Shown: in pieces, positions 38,184 to 47,923 of the stretch
Numbering within the stretch: position 1 is the first letter of the stretch
Layout of the letters: every line of letters begins with the position of its first letter
Assembly (NCBI GenBank): GCA_041663665.1
Contig: JBAYMG010000005.1
Span: 1,354-65,353, forward strand
Source of the DNA: Candidatus Omnitrophota bacterium
GTDB lineage: Bacteria > Omnitrophota > Gorgyraeia > Gygaellales > Profunditerraquicolaceae
Direction of reading: 5' to 3'
DNA length: 64,000 nucleotides
Notes under the pieces: model-generated
What the model was told of the DNA's origin: nothing
Database searches by the model: none
What the model saw: the letters and a program-made list of their open reading frames with translations, nothing else
Program-made: the position numbers and the translations under genes

Positions 38184-39971
38184 ATGTTAGGAATAAGGCT
38201 GAGCGGTTTTTTTGTTGCGGTTTTTTTGTTTTCCTCCGGGGTGTCTTTTGCTTCTGAAGATAAGGCTCTAGATTTAGAGACTTTGGTAATTTCCAAACAA
38301 AGGCAGTTTCTTCTAAATACCTATGTTGCAGATTCAGGACAGAGCAAAGCTTTTAATTATCAATCCAGTGTAGAAGATTTGAGTATAGCTCCGGTAGATT
38401 TACAAAGCCGATCCTTGAGGAGCGCAATTCAGACTGACTTTTCACTGCGTGGCTCTACTTTTCAACAGGTTCTAATTTTACTTAACGGCCAGAGGATAAA
38501 TGATCCTCAGACTGCCCACCATAATTCTGATATTCCTTTTACTAAGGAAGATATTAAAAAAATACAGGTTATTCCCGGGGCAAGCTCATCATTATTCGGC
38601 TCGGATGCTATCGGTGGGGCAATAAATTTTACTTTGGAAAAACCGGAAAAGAGAAAAATGCTTTGGGAATTTGCATCCGGTAATAATCGTAACGGTTGTG
38701 GGCTATTTAGCGTAAGTGATAAATTCAAAAGTTTGGGTTTTCGGTTTTCGGTCGAAGATGCCCAGTCAAAAGGGTTTCGTTATGACACTGATTTTAAGAA
38801 ATTTACCACTTCCTTCGGCGGTTCTTTGGATTTGCCTTTAGGCAGTTGGGAAAATAATTTTGGTTATCAAGAAAAAGAGTTTGGCGCCTATGATTTTTAT
38901 ACTCCGGGGATGGGTTATCCTTCCTGGGAAAAGACAAAAACCTATTTAATAAATAGCGGTATTACTTTAAATAAAGATAATTTATTGATCAAGCCGAATT
39001 TTCTTTGGCGTAGGCATTTTGATAAATTTGCTTTAAAAAGAACGGTGGATAGTTTTAATGATCACCGAAACGATATTTATACTCCCAGTATTTATTTACA
39101 AAAAGAAGCCGGGTTTTTGGGAAAAGTGGGGTTGGGTTTAGAGTGGGGGCAGGAGAAAATTACTTCGACTAGTTTAGGCAATCATAGCCGAGAACATAAA
39201 AGCATATTTTTAGATGATAGCTTGGAAATCGGCGAGCAATTGGATTTGGGTTTTTCTTTGCGCAGGGATGATTTTTCTGTTTTTGATCGGGTTTATACCG
39301 GATCAAGCAGCGTAAAATTTGCCTTAACCGAACGGGCAGATCTAAATCTTGGCATTTCAAGGAGCATGCGCGTTCCATCATTCACCGAGCTTTATTATAG
39401 CGACTCGACTACAATCGGCAATGAGGGCTTAGCTGCCGAGAAAGCCTGGAATTATCAGGCAGGATTTGAATATAAAGACGGGGGTTTCTCTTCGGGGCTT
39501 GTTTTCTTTTTGCGCCAGGAACATCAAATGATTGATTGGGTCAGATCAGATGTAAGTCAAAAGTGGCAGGCTAGGAATTTTACGCAAGATAGTGTTTTTG
39601 GTGTTGAATGCTCTCTGCATAAAAAAATTAATAAATTAGTCAGTTTAGATGTTAATTATGCCTATACCAATAAAAATATTGATAACCAGGGGTATCTCTA
39701 TAAATACGGCCCAAATTATGCCAAGCATTTAGTAAACACAGTTTTTAATTTTGACCTTCCCTTTGGCCGGCAGGAACTGGGGCTTAGCTATAAAAAACGG
39801 CCCCAAAGGAATGGATGGTTATTAATGAATGCTGGATTAAATTACAATTTAAATCCCAATTCCAAGGTTTTTTTAAACTCAACCAATGTCTTAAACGTTG
39901 AATATCAGGATATTGCGGGTATTCCTTGCCCGGGTAGATATTTTGAAGCAGGCCTAAGATTAGAGTGGTAG
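38184..39971 (+). CDS. TonB-dependent outer-membrane receptor
   Basis: Signal peptide, plug-domain motif (LRGSTFQQVLILLNGQRINDP) and a C-terminal aromatic terminus (LRLEW). Confidence 0.7.
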   Translation: MLGIRLSGFFVAVFLFSSGVSFASEDKALDLETLVISKQRQFLLNTYVADSGQSKAFNYQSSVEDLSIAPVDLQSRSLRSAIQTDFSLRGSTFQQVLILLNGQRINDPQTAHHNSDIPFTKEDIKKIQVIPGASSSLFGSDAIGGAINFTLEKPEKRKMLWEFASGNNRNGCGLFSVSDKFKSLGFRFSVEDAQSKGFRYDTDFKKFTTSFGGSLDLPLGSWENNFGYQEKEFGAYDFYTPGMGYPSWEKTKTYLINSGITLNKDNLLIKPNFLWRRHFDKFALKRTVDSFNDHRNDIYTPSIYLQKEAGFLGKVGLGLEWGQEKITSTSLGNHSREHKSIFLDDSLEIGEQLDLGFSLRRDDFSVFDRVYTGSSSVKFALTERADLNLGISRSMRVPSFTELYYSDSTTIGNEGLAAEKAWNYQAGFEYKDGGFSSGLVFFLRQEHQMIDWVRSDVSQKWQARNFTQDSVFGVECSLHKKINKLVSLDVNYAYTNKNIDNQGYLYKYGPNYAKHLVNTVFNFDLPFGRQELGLSYKKRPQRNGWLLMNAGLNYNLNPNSKVFLNSTNVLNVEYQDIAGIPCPGRYFEAGLRLEW

Positions 39972-40040
39972 AAATAAATATTTATTTTTAACCGCAAAAA
40001 GCATATAATGGCATAGTTTTAAATTAACCAGAAAGGGCCT

Positions 40041-40331
40041 ATGTTTACGCATGTAGTTTTATTTGAAATAAAGCCGAAAGAAGTGGCTAAGTATCGTAAG
40101 GACAGCCTGATGTGGGCGCGTTATACCAAATGCTCTAACGGGTTTTTAGCCTATTACACTATGCAGCGTTTTGGTTTTAAAAATCAATATGCCTCGGTGT
40201 ATCAGTGGGTAAAAAAGGCTAATCATGATAATTTTATGCGTAAATATCATGATTGGTTAGTTAGTAAATCCAGCGCCGAAGTTAAAGTTATAGATTATTA
40301 CAATCTTAAAGTAATTGATAAATTAATCTAG
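40041..40331 (+). CDS. ABM-domain (antibiotic biosynthesis monooxygenase-like) small protein, tentative
   Basis: HVVLFEIKP ferredoxin-like fold pattern in a 96-aa protein. Confidence 0.4.
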   Translation: MFTHVVLFEIKPKEVAKYRKDSLMWARYTKCSNGFLAYYTMQRFGFKNQYASVYQWVKKANHDNFMRKYHDWLVSKSSAEVKVIDYYNLKVIDKLI

Positions 40332-40350
40332 TTTTTGATATAAAAAATTT

Positions 40351-40447
40351 ACTACGTTCGACAGGATTTCGCTAGATAAAAGCTTAAGGTGCCTATCCTG
40401 CCTCACTATGTTCGACAGGATTTCGCTAGACAAAAGCTTAAGGTGCT
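40351..40447. repeat. Second locus of the 54-bp repeat family (about 1.8 copies)
   Basis: actacGTTCGACAGG + ATTTCGCTAGATAAAAGCTTAAGGTGCCTATCCTGCCTCACTATGTTCGACAGG + ATTTCGCTAGACAAAAGCTTAAGGTGCT. It is near-identical to the 27999-28190 units. Confidence 0.95.
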
Positions 40448-40457
40448 CAAAAAATAG

Positions 40458-40485
40458 TTGACAAATTCAAGAAATATTATAAAAT
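40458..40485 (+). promoter_or_regulatory. cspA promoter TTGACA-16-TAAAAT with about 120-nt 5'UTR
   Basis: TTGACA lies 10 bp after the last repeat unit. Long 5'UTRs are typical of cold-shock genes. Confidence 0.55.
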
Positions 40486-40614
40486 ATTTAACGTAGTGAG
40501 CAAGGGAGTTGAAGTCTTAAGCCGTTTGGTGAAAGAATAATACACCTTACGGTTTTTTGTTTTTATACTTCTTTTGTCCGCTATAATTATAGTGGAAAGG
40601 AGGAAGCAGAGAAA

Positions 40615-40815
40615 ATGGCAAAAGGTAAAGTAAAATGGTTTTCTAATCAAAAGGGATATGGTTTTATCACTCCTGAGAATGGTGCTGATGTCTTCGTACA
40701 TCATACCGCAATTCAGGGCGAAGGCTATAAGACCTTAGAGGAGGGCCAAGAGGTTGAATTTGAAATTGAAAAAGGTCCCAAAGGTGAACAAGCTACTAAA
40801 GTAGTGAAGTTATAA
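40615..40815 (+). CDS. cspA: Cold-shock protein CspA family
   Basis: [19 protein letters not shown]1 and VFVHH RNP2 motifs in a 66-aa protein. Confidence 0.9.
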   Translation: MAKGKVKWFSNQKGYGFITPENGADVFVHHTAIQGEGYKTLEEGQEVEFEIEKGPKGEQATKVVKL

Positions 40816-40832
40816 CCTGTAAGGAGCAACGA

Positions 40833-40865
40833 AAAGGCCCGGCATAACCTGCTGGGCCTTTTTCA
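40833..40865 (+). terminator. Rho-independent terminator after cspA
   Basis: aaaGGCCCGGCataacctGCTGGGCCttttt. Confidence 0.65.
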
Positions 40866-40876
40866 TAATAAAGCAT

Positions 40877-41944
40877 ATGAAAAAAATTGTAGTGGTGGCG
40901 ATGAGTGGAGGGGTGGATTCTTCGGTTGCGGCAGCCTTATTAAAAGAACAGGGCTATGAAGTAATCGGGTTAACCATGTGTTTTAATCTGGCTGAGAAAG
41001 ACGGTAAGAAGCCTGCTTGTTGCGGGTTAGCCGGGATTGAAGATGCCCGCCGCGTAAGCCATAAGTTGGGTATCCGGCATTATGTTATAAATCTGGATAA
41101 AGATTTCTACCGGGATGTAATCCAGAATTTTTATCAGGAATATCTTTCCGGGAGGACACCAAATCCTTGCGTTAGATGCAATCAATTCATAAAATTTGAT
41201 CTTTTACTTAAGAAAGCAATTAATTTAGGTGCACAGTTTTTAGCTACCGGCCATTATGCCAGGATTGTAAAGTCAAAACAGGGTTACTTGCTTAAAAAAG
41301 CTAAGGATTTAAAAAAAGACCAATCTTATTTTCTTTATCGTTTAACTCAAAGTAAGCTTAAGCATATAATTTTCCCTTTGGATGGTTTAACTAAACCTAA
41401 AGTAAGGCAGATAGCTCTTAGCCTTGGGCTGACTGTGGCTAATAAGCAAGACAGCCAAGAAATTTGTTTTTTGCCCGATGGGAAATATCGGGATCTGCTT
41501 AAAGCTAAAGGGCTGGGCTCTGTTAAACCGGGTAATTTAGTGAATAAAGACGGCAATATTCTTGGTCTGCATCAGGGAATATCCGCTTATACTATAGGCC
41601 AGCGCCATGGATTAGGAGTTGCTAAAGGTTATCCCCTATATGTAACTGCAATTGATGCTAAGAATAACCAGGTTACAGTTGGCAGCCGGGAGGACAGTTG
41701 TAAAAGTGAATTCATAGTTCAAGATCAGCATTTTATAGCTAAACCTTTTAAAAAGAAGGTTGAGATTAAGGTAAGGATACGTTATAATCATAAAGAAATG
41801 CCGGCAGTTATTATCCCGGCGGGTAGAAAATTAAGAGTGATTTTTAAAAAACCGCAATTTGCTATAACGCCCGGACAATCGGCGGTTTTTTTCGCTAAGG
41901 ACACAGTTTTGGGTGGGGGAATAATCGAGAAAGTAATTAATTAA
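40877..41944 (+). CDS. mnmA: tRNA-specific 2-thiouridylase MnmA
   Basis: PP-loop VAMSGGVDSS and NPCVRCNQFIKF motifs. Confidence 0.9.
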   Translation: MKKIVVVAMSGGVDSSVAAALLKEQGYEVIGLTMCFNLAEKDGKKPACCGLAGIEDARRVSHKLGIRHYVINLDKDFYRDVIQNFYQEYLSGRTPNPCVRCNQFIKFDLLLKKAINLGAQFLATGHYARIVKSKQGYLLKKAKDLKKDQSYFLYRLTQSKLKHIIFPLDGLTKPKVRQIALSLGLTVANKQDSQEICFLPDGKYRDLLKAKGLGSVKPGNLVNKDGNILGLHQGISAYTIGQRHGLGVAKGYPLYVTAIDAKNNQVTVGSREDSCKSEFIVQDQHFIAKPFKKKVEIKVRIRYNHKEMPAVIIPAGRKLRVIFKKPQFAITPGQSAVFFAKDTVLGGGIIEKVIN

Positions 41945-41945
41945 A

Positions 41946-42863
41946 ATGATTAATGAAGATAAAAAAATAGCTGCAAAAATTAAAGAGTTAAAGAAAAAAC
42001 GCAGTGCTATAGTTTTAGTGCATAATTATCAACTGCCGGAAGTGCAGGATATAGCAGATTTTCGCGGAGACTCCTTGGAGCTTTCGCGGGCAGCCGCAAA
42101 AACCGATGCTAAGGTGATTGTCTTTTGTGGAGTTTATTTTATGGCCGAGACCGCTTCTATTCTTTCGCCGGATAAATTAGTTATTATGCCGGATACATTA
42201 GCCGGTTGCCCGATGGCCAGCATGATGAATGCTGAGGATTTAAGGAAACTTAAAAGCCAACATCCTGATGCTGTGTCCGTAGGTTATGTAAATACTTCAG
42301 CCGAGGTAAAGGCAGAGTTAGATTATTGCTGTACTTCGACAAATGCCGTGGCGGTAATTAATGCGCTTAGTGATAAGAAAGAAATAATTTTTGTTCCGGA
42401 TAAATATCTAGCTGATTATGTTACTAAGAAGACCGGCCGGAAATTAATTACTTGGCACGGTTTTTGTCCAACTCATGTTAAGATTTTGCCGGAGGATTTA
42501 TTACGGGAGAAAAAGTTCCATCCCAAAGCTAAGATTATGGTTCATCCTGAGTGCCTGCCAGCTGTAGTTGCTCTAGCTGATTGTGTATTGTCGACTAGCC
42601 AGATGGCGAAATTTGCTAAAGAAAGTACTGCGAAAGAATTTATTATTGGTACGGAAGCGGGATTGGTTTACCGGTTAAAACAGGATAACCCGGATAAAGA
42701 ATTTTATTTAGCCAGTGAACGTGCCGTATGCCCAAATATGAAACGCACTACACAGGAAAAAGTTCTTTGGGCATTAGAAGAGCTTAAAGAAGAAGTCCGG
42801 GTGCCTGAGAAGGTTAGAAAAAATGCGCTTCTGGCTATTGGACGGATGTTAAAGATTATTTAA
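41946..42863 (+). CDS. nadA: Quinolinate synthase NadA
   Basis: Family N-terminus (VLVHNYQLPEVQDIADFRGDSLELSRAA) and conserved Cys residues. Confidence 0.85.
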   Translation: MINEDKKIAAKIKELKKKRSAIVLVHNYQLPEVQDIADFRGDSLELSRAAAKTDAKVIVFCGVYFMAETASILSPDKLVIMPDTLAGCPMASMMNAEDLRKLKSQHPDAVSVGYVNTSAEVKAELDYCCTSTNAVAVINALSDKKEIIFVPDKYLADYVTKKTGRKLITWHGFCPTHVKILPEDLLREKKFHPKAKIMVHPECLPAVVALADCVLSTSQMAKFAKESTAKEFIIGTEAGLVYRLKQDNPDKEFYLASERAVCPNMKRTTQEKVLWALEELKEEVRVPEKVRKNALLAIGRMLKII

Positions 42864-43489
42864 TGAATATTCCGGTTGTTTTCGAAGATGATTGGTTTTT
42901 GGTGGTGAATAAGCCGGCAGGATTATTAAGTGTTCCGACTCCCAAGAACGAGTCACGGACTTTAAGCAGTATTTTAAATCAGGATGCCGAAGAGAGGAAA
43001 TTAAACTACCGTTTTTATCCTTGTCATCGGCTTGACCGTCAAACTTCCGGGCTTATAATATATGCTAAGTCCAAAGGTATTGAAGAAAAAATGGCGGATG
43101 CTTTTCGGAATAGGGAAATAAGTAAAAAATATATTGCTTTCGTGCAGGGGAAATTATCTCAAGTTCAGGGGCAGATTAATTCTCCCATTGAAGGGAAAAG
43201 CGCTCTGACAAAATACAAAGTTATAGAAGAAAAAAGCAACTATAGCGTTGTTGAAATATCCCCGGTTACCGGAAGGACCAATCAGATTCGCATCCACTTT
43301 AAGAGCATTCAACATCCTTTGGTTGGAGAAGATAAATTTGCTTTTCGTAAAGATTTTGCTTTACGTTTTAAGCGCGTTTGCCTGGAAGCCAAAGAACTTA
43401 ATTTCAAACATCCGGTAAGCGGGAAGGATTTAACTATCAGTATTGATTTAGCGCAGGATCTCAAACATTTTTTAGCTACTCATGATTAA
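42863..43489 (+). CDS. RluA-family pseudouridine synthase
   Basis: Catalytic HRLDRQTSGLIIYAKS motif. Confidence 0.8.
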   Translation: MNIPVVFEDDWFLVVNKPAGLLSVPTPKNESRTLSSILNQDAEERKLNYRFYPCHRLDRQTSGLIIYAKSKGIEEKMADAFRNREISKKYIAFVQGKLSQVQGQINSPIEGKSALTKYKVIEEKSNYSVVEISPVTGRTNQIRIHFKSIQHPLVGEDKFAFRKDFALRFKRVCLEAKELNFKHPVSGKDLTISIDLAQDLKHFLATHD

Positions 43490-44225
43490 ATACGTATTCT
43501 TAGGGATAATTCAAGGTTTAACTGAATTTTTACCGGTTAGCTCCTCCGGGCATTTAGTTGTTATGCAGAATATCTTAAGTATTACTGCTGACCATGTGGC
43601 AGTATCGGTTGTTCTGCATTTAGGAACGCTTCTGGCTGTGGTTTTATTTTTTCGCAAAGATATTTTAAGTTTATTAAAAAATCCAAAACTGCTTGGTTTA
43701 TCAGCTGTAGTTGTAGTGATTACCGGTATTATTGGAGTATTAGGTAAGGATTTCTTCGAAAGTTTGTTTAGTTCGGTTAAGTTGGTAGGGGTAGCTTGGA
43801 TTTTTACCGGTCTGCTGCTTATCAGTACTAAAAATTTTACTCAAGGCAATAAGGACAAGTTTGGAGTCGTTGATGCGCTTATTTTGGGGCTGACTCAAGG
43901 GTTGGCAATTATTCCTGGGGTCTCCCGCTCGGGGATAACTATATCTACCTTGTTTTTTAGAGGGATCCAACGCCAGCTAGCTTTTGTTCTTTCGTTCCTT
44001 ATATCTATTCCTATAATTTTGGGGGCAGCATTGCTAGAAGCCAAAAAGATAGGGGCAGTTTCAGCTGCAGATAGCATAAATTTGGCAGTAGGTTTTCTGG
44101 TTAGTTTTATTACCGGTTTATTTGCGCTTTTATTACTAAGGTTAGTTATTAATAAAGCCAAATTTTATTATTTTGGATATTACTGTCTCTTTATGGCAAT
44201 AATTACATTACTATTTATAAAATGA
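43482..44225 (+). CDS. uppP: Undecaprenyl-diphosphatase UppP (BacA)
   Basis: FLPVSSSGHL and PGVSRSG motifs. Confidence 0.85.
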   Translation: MIKYVFLGIIQGLTEFLPVSSSGHLVVMQNILSITADHVAVSVVLHLGTLLAVVLFFRKDILSLLKNPKLLGLSAVVVVITGIIGVLGKDFFESLFSSVKLVGVAWIFTGLLLISTKNFTQGNKDKFGVVDALILGLTQGLAIIPGVSRSGITISTLFFRGIQRQLAFVLSFLISIPIILGAALLEAKKIGAVSAADSINLAVGFLVSFITGLFALLLLRLVINKAKFYYFGYYCLFMAIITLLFIK

Positions 44226-45124
44226 GCATAATTGTCTTAGGTACAGTGGCGTTAGATAGTGTTAAGACCCCCTTTGGCAAGCGTAAAGAACTATTAGGAG
44301 GTTCAGCTGCGCATTTTTCTATGGCCGCCCGCCTTTTTACTAAGGTTAATTTGATTGCTATTGTCGGAAACGATTTTCCTAAAAAGCATATTACTTTTTT
44401 AAGGAGTAAGGGGCTTGACCTTAGCTCTCTAGTTGTGGATCAGGGGAAAACTTTTCGTTGGGAAGGTGAATACAAAGGTGATTTAAATTCCGCATTGACT
44501 CTTAATACCGAATTAGGCGTACTTTCAGCCTTTAAGCCTCAAATCTCCGAGGAACAGCGCAAAATTGAAAATATATTTTTAGCCAATGTTGATCCGGATA
44601 TCCAGGAACATTTATTGTCTAAAATGCATTCTCCCAAGCTGGTTGGTTTAGACAGTATGAATTACTGGATTAATACGAAACGAAAAGAACTAATCAAACT
44701 GCTTAAGCATATCGATATCTATGTGGCTAATGACCAGGAAGCCAGGGATTTATCAGAAGAAAACAATTTAATTAAGGCGGCAAAACGGTTATGTTCTTTT
44801 GGCCCTAAAATGGCGTTGATCAAAAAAGGCGAACACGGAGTTTTATTTTATGCTAAGAGCGGTTTTCTTTTTTCTCTTCCGGCTTATCCTGTGGAAACAG
44901 TAATTGACCCAACCGGTGCCGGGGATACGTTTGCCGGGGGTTTTATGGGGTATCTGGCGAAGAGCGCAAGAATTAACTCTTTAACAATAAAAAAGGCGTT
45001 AGCCTATGGGACAGTGGCAGCTTCTTTTAATGTTGAAGATTTTGGTTTGAAGAGAACCAGTGAATTGGTGCCCGGTGATTTAGAAAAACGTTTAATCAAA
45101 TTCAAAGATTGTTTTTTATTTTAA
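44222..45124 (+). CDS. PfkB-family carbohydrate/nucleoside kinase
   Basis: DPTGAGDTFAGGF anion-hole motif. Confidence 0.7.
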   Translation: MSIIVLGTVALDSVKTPFGKRKELLGGSAAHFSMAARLFTKVNLIAIVGNDFPKKHITFLRSKGLDLSSLVVDQGKTFRWEGEYKGDLNSALTLNTELGVLSAFKPQISEEQRKIENIFLANVDPDIQEHLLSKMHSPKLVGLDSMNYWINTKRKELIKLLKHIDIYVANDQEARDLSEENNLIKAAKRLCSFGPKMALIKKGEHGVLFYAKSGFLFSLPAYPVETVIDPTGAGDTFAGGFMGYLAKSARINSLTIKKALAYGTVAASFNVEDFGLKRTSELVPGDLEKRLIKFKDCFLF

Positions 45125-45185
45125 TCTTTTAATACGAATCCAGGAAAAGAGTACGGTAAATACAACCAACGACAGGAAGGTAGTA

Positions 45186-45494
45186 ATGAAAGAACTTCGG
45201 GAAGAATTTTTACAGTTTATTAAATCTTATGGTGTTATTGGGGTAGCTATTGGTATTGTTATGGGGCAGGCAGTAGCTAAAATCATCACGGTTATTGTCG
45301 AAGGTTTGGTTATGCCGGTCTTAGAAGTCTTGCTGCCTGGAAATAAATGGCAGGAAGCAGTTTTGCATTTATGGAGAATAAACTTTAAGATAGGCTTGAT
45401 TATTGCAGCATTCATTGATTTTTTTATAATTTCGGCGGTAGTTTTTCTTTTCTTTAAATATATATTAAAAGTTAATCCGGAGAGCAAAAAATAG
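45186..45494 (+). CDS. mscL: Large-conductance mechanosensitive channel MscL
   Basis: FIKSYGVIGVAIGIVMG TM1 signature in a 102-aa protein. Confidence 0.8.
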   Translation: MKELREEFLQFIKSYGVIGVAIGIVMGQAVAKIITVIVEGLVMPVLEVLLPGNKWQEAVLHLWRINFKIGLIIAAFIDFFIISAVVFLFFKYILKVNPESKK

Positions 45495-45551
45495 CGCCAG
45501 GCGTTTATAAGCTGCTCTAGCCGGTGTACCTTTTTAGATAAGGAGGGTGTT

Positions 45552-46004
45552 ATGTTGGTAGATAGTATTTTTAATGATTATAAAGCGGCAATGAAATCCA
45601 GGGATGTTCTTAAGAGTTCGGTTTTAAGTTTTTTGCGTGCAGAGATGCTTAATCAGGCAACGGCTAAGAAAAAGGATAAACTTGATGATGCAGAAATATT
45701 TGTTGTAATAAAGAAACAGATAAAACAGCGCCAGGATTCTATCGAGCAGTTTACTAAAGGCGGCCGAATAGAAGCAGCGGATAAAGAGAAAAAAGAATTA
45801 GAGATTTTAAAATGTTATTTGCCTGCGGAAATGCCTCAGGAACAAATAAAAAGTTTAATTGAAGAGTTAATTGTTGTTACCGGCGCAAGCAGTATGAAGG
45901 ATATGGGTAAGTTGATGAAAGAGCTGACGGAAAAAATAGCCGGTAAGGCCGACGGTAAATTGGTCAGCGATTTAGTCAGGCAAAGGTTAAGTATTCCTTC
46001 CTAA
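45552..46004 (+). CDS. GatB/YqeY-domain protein
   Basis: YqeY-family pattern at 150 aa. Confidence 0.65.
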   Translation: MLVDSIFNDYKAAMKSRDVLKSSVLSFLRAEMLNQATAKKKDKLDDAEIFVVIKKQIKQRQDSIEQFTKGGRIEAADKEKKELEILKCYLPAEMPQEQIKSLIEELIVVTGASSMKDMGKLMKELTEKIAGKADGKLVSDLVRQRLSIPS

Positions 46005-46017
46005 AAGAAAGCCCGAA

Positions 46018-47211
46018 ATGTTCTCTTCATTAAAGATTAAATATTTTCGTATATATTGGCTGGGTATGTTTGTGTCTTTAGTCGGTACGTGGATACAGAG
46101 CGTAGCCCAAGGCTGGCTGGTATTTCAGCTGACTAATTCCGCCTTTCTTCTTGGAGTAGTGGGTTTCTTGGGCTCAATACCTATATTCGTATTTTCTTTG
46201 TTTGGCGGGGTACTTGCAGACAGGGTGAATAAAAGGAACATACTTATTTTCACCCAAGTTTTTTTTATGCTTTTGGCATTTCTATTAGCGGTTTTAACTC
46301 AATTCAAAATTATCACGCCATTGCAGATTATGTTTATCGCTTTATTTAATGGGATAATTATGGCTTTTGATGCCCCGGCGAGACAGTCAATAGTAGTGGA
46401 GTTAGTAGGTAGAGAGCATCTTTTTAATGCTATTACTTTGAATTCAGTAGCTTTTAATTCATCACGCATCATTGGCCCTACCATCGCTGGTGTTTTAATT
46501 TCGGTAATTGGAATGAGCGGATGTTTTTATTTAAATGGAATTAGTTTTTTAGCGGTAATTATTGCGCTTTTTTATATTAGGCTTGGGCGGGGAGTTGAAA
46601 AAAATAATAATTCAGCCTTAAGAGACCTTAAAGAAGGGCTGATTTTTATCAGTTGCAACCGTCTAATTTTAGCCTTAGTTAGCACGGTGGCTTCAGTTAG
46701 CCTCTTTGGTGTCTCTTATGTTATTCTTATGCCAGTTTTTGCTGAGCATGTGCTTGGTGTGGGAGTTAGGGGTTTAGGGGTGTTGATGTCCAGCGCCGGA
46801 CTGGGTGCCTTAATCGGGGCTTTGGGTTTAGCCCGCCTGGGGGATTTTAAATATAAGGGCAGGCTTTTAATCGGCTCGGTATTTCTTTTCGCTATTTCCC
46901 TTATATCTTTTTCATTAACTAAAAATTATTCATTAGCTCTCCTTATTTTGGTTTTTATCGGCTGTACAAGCGTTGTTCCAATTGCCTTAATTAATACTTT
47001 ATTGCAGGTTAATGTCCCGGATAAGTTTCGCGGCAGAATAATGAGTATTTTTATGATTACTTTTGCCGGAATTATGCCTTTTGGGAATTTGATTTCCGGT
47101 AGCCTTGCGCAAGCCTTTGGTGTGTCAACAGCTCTTTTTTTCTCAGGAATAGCTTGTTTAATATTATTTATGCTGATTAATTTTTTCTTTAGCGGCTTAC
47201 GAAGGCTCTAA
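46018..47211 (+). CDS. MFS transporter
   Basis: 12-TM MFS pattern with a motif A-like GGVLADRVNKR. Confidence 0.7.
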   Translation: MFSSLKIKYFRIYWLGMFVSLVGTWIQSVAQGWLVFQLTNSAFLLGVVGFLGSIPIFVFSLFGGVLADRVNKRNILIFTQVFFMLLAFLLAVLTQFKIITPLQIMFIALFNGIIMAFDAPARQSIVVELVGREHLFNAITLNSVAFNSSRIIGPTIAGVLISVIGMSGCFYLNGISFLAVIIALFYIRLGRGVEKNNNSALRDLKEGLIFISCNRLILALVSTVASVSLFGVSYVILMPVFAEHVLGVGVRGLGVLMSSAGLGALIGALGLARLGDFKYKGRLLIGSVFLFAISLISFSLTKNYSLALLILVFIGCTSVVPIALINTLLQVNVPDKFRGRIMSIFMITFAGIMPFGNLISGSLAQAFGVSTALFFSGIACLILFMLINFFFSGLRRL

Positions 47212-47393
47212 CAAATATCATTTGATTTATTAATTAAATTTGATAGAATTATTATCAGTAAGTTGCCGCGTTTTGAGGTAGTAGTTGCGCGGGTGCGCCT
47301 TGCGTGGTAAGGAGGTGAGAGGAAGTTTTTAGTAACACCAGATATAATAACCGTCATAATAGAATAATTTTAAATTTTAGAGAGGAGAGCAAG

Positions 47394-47828
47394 ATGAAAA
47401 GGTTGTTAGGTTTAATGGTTGTGGTTTTAGTATTAGCAGGGTTATCTGGCTGCGGGAAAAAACAGGAAGCGGAAGAGTTACAGCCAATTACTATGGAATC
47501 TTTAGGTGCGGCTAATTCTCTATCTGTAGCTACTGCGGATACTAAGGCTCCGGTTGTTGAAGCGGCATCTGTGCCAGCGGCTAAAGAGGTATTACCTTTA
47601 CCGCCACAGGGTCCGTATAAGCCCACAGGTATTGAAATTCAGACTGCTTTAAAGAATGCCGGATTCTATACTGGAAGCGTCGACGGTAAAGTCGGTCCAA
47701 AAAGCAAAAAAGCGATTGAAGATTTTCAGTCCGCAAATGGTTTAAAAGCTGATGGAAAAGTTGGCCCAAAAACTTGGGAAGCATTGGCTAAGCATTTAAC
47801 TGCTGCCCCGGTTTCAGCTAAAAGATAA
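47394..47828 (+). CDS. Lipoprotein with C-terminal peptidoglycan-binding (PG_binding_1) domain
   Basis: Lipobox LAGLSGCGKK and a PG-binding motif (IQTALKNAGFYTGSVDGKVGPKSKKAIEDFQSANGLKADGKVGPKTWEAL). Confidence 0.65.
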   Translation: MKRLLGLMVVVLVLAGLSGCGKKQEAEELQPITMESLGAANSLSVATADTKAPVVEAASVPAAKEVLPLPPQGPYKPTGIEIQTALKNAGFYTGSVDGKVGPKSKKAIEDFQSANGLKADGKVGPKTWEALAKHLTAAPVSAKR

Positions 47829-47859
47829 ATAAAGAGGCTCTAGACTGATTTATATTTTG

Positions 47860-47902
47860 TTTAAAGAGGATCCCAGCATTTTATGTTGGGATTTTCTTTT
47901 TT
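47860..47902 (+). terminator. Probable rho-independent terminator (imperfect hairpin plus T-run)
   Basis: ggATCCCAgcattttatgtTGGGATtttcttttttc. Confidence 0.4.
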
Positions 47903-47923
47903 CGGGTGCTATAATAAGGCCAT

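Noticed and set aside
47354-47626. Minus-strand 90-aa ORF overlapping the PG-binding lipoprotein gene
   Set aside because: It lies antisense to a gene with a clear lipobox and PG_binding motif, and its translation is Ala/Thr low-complexity. Spurious.
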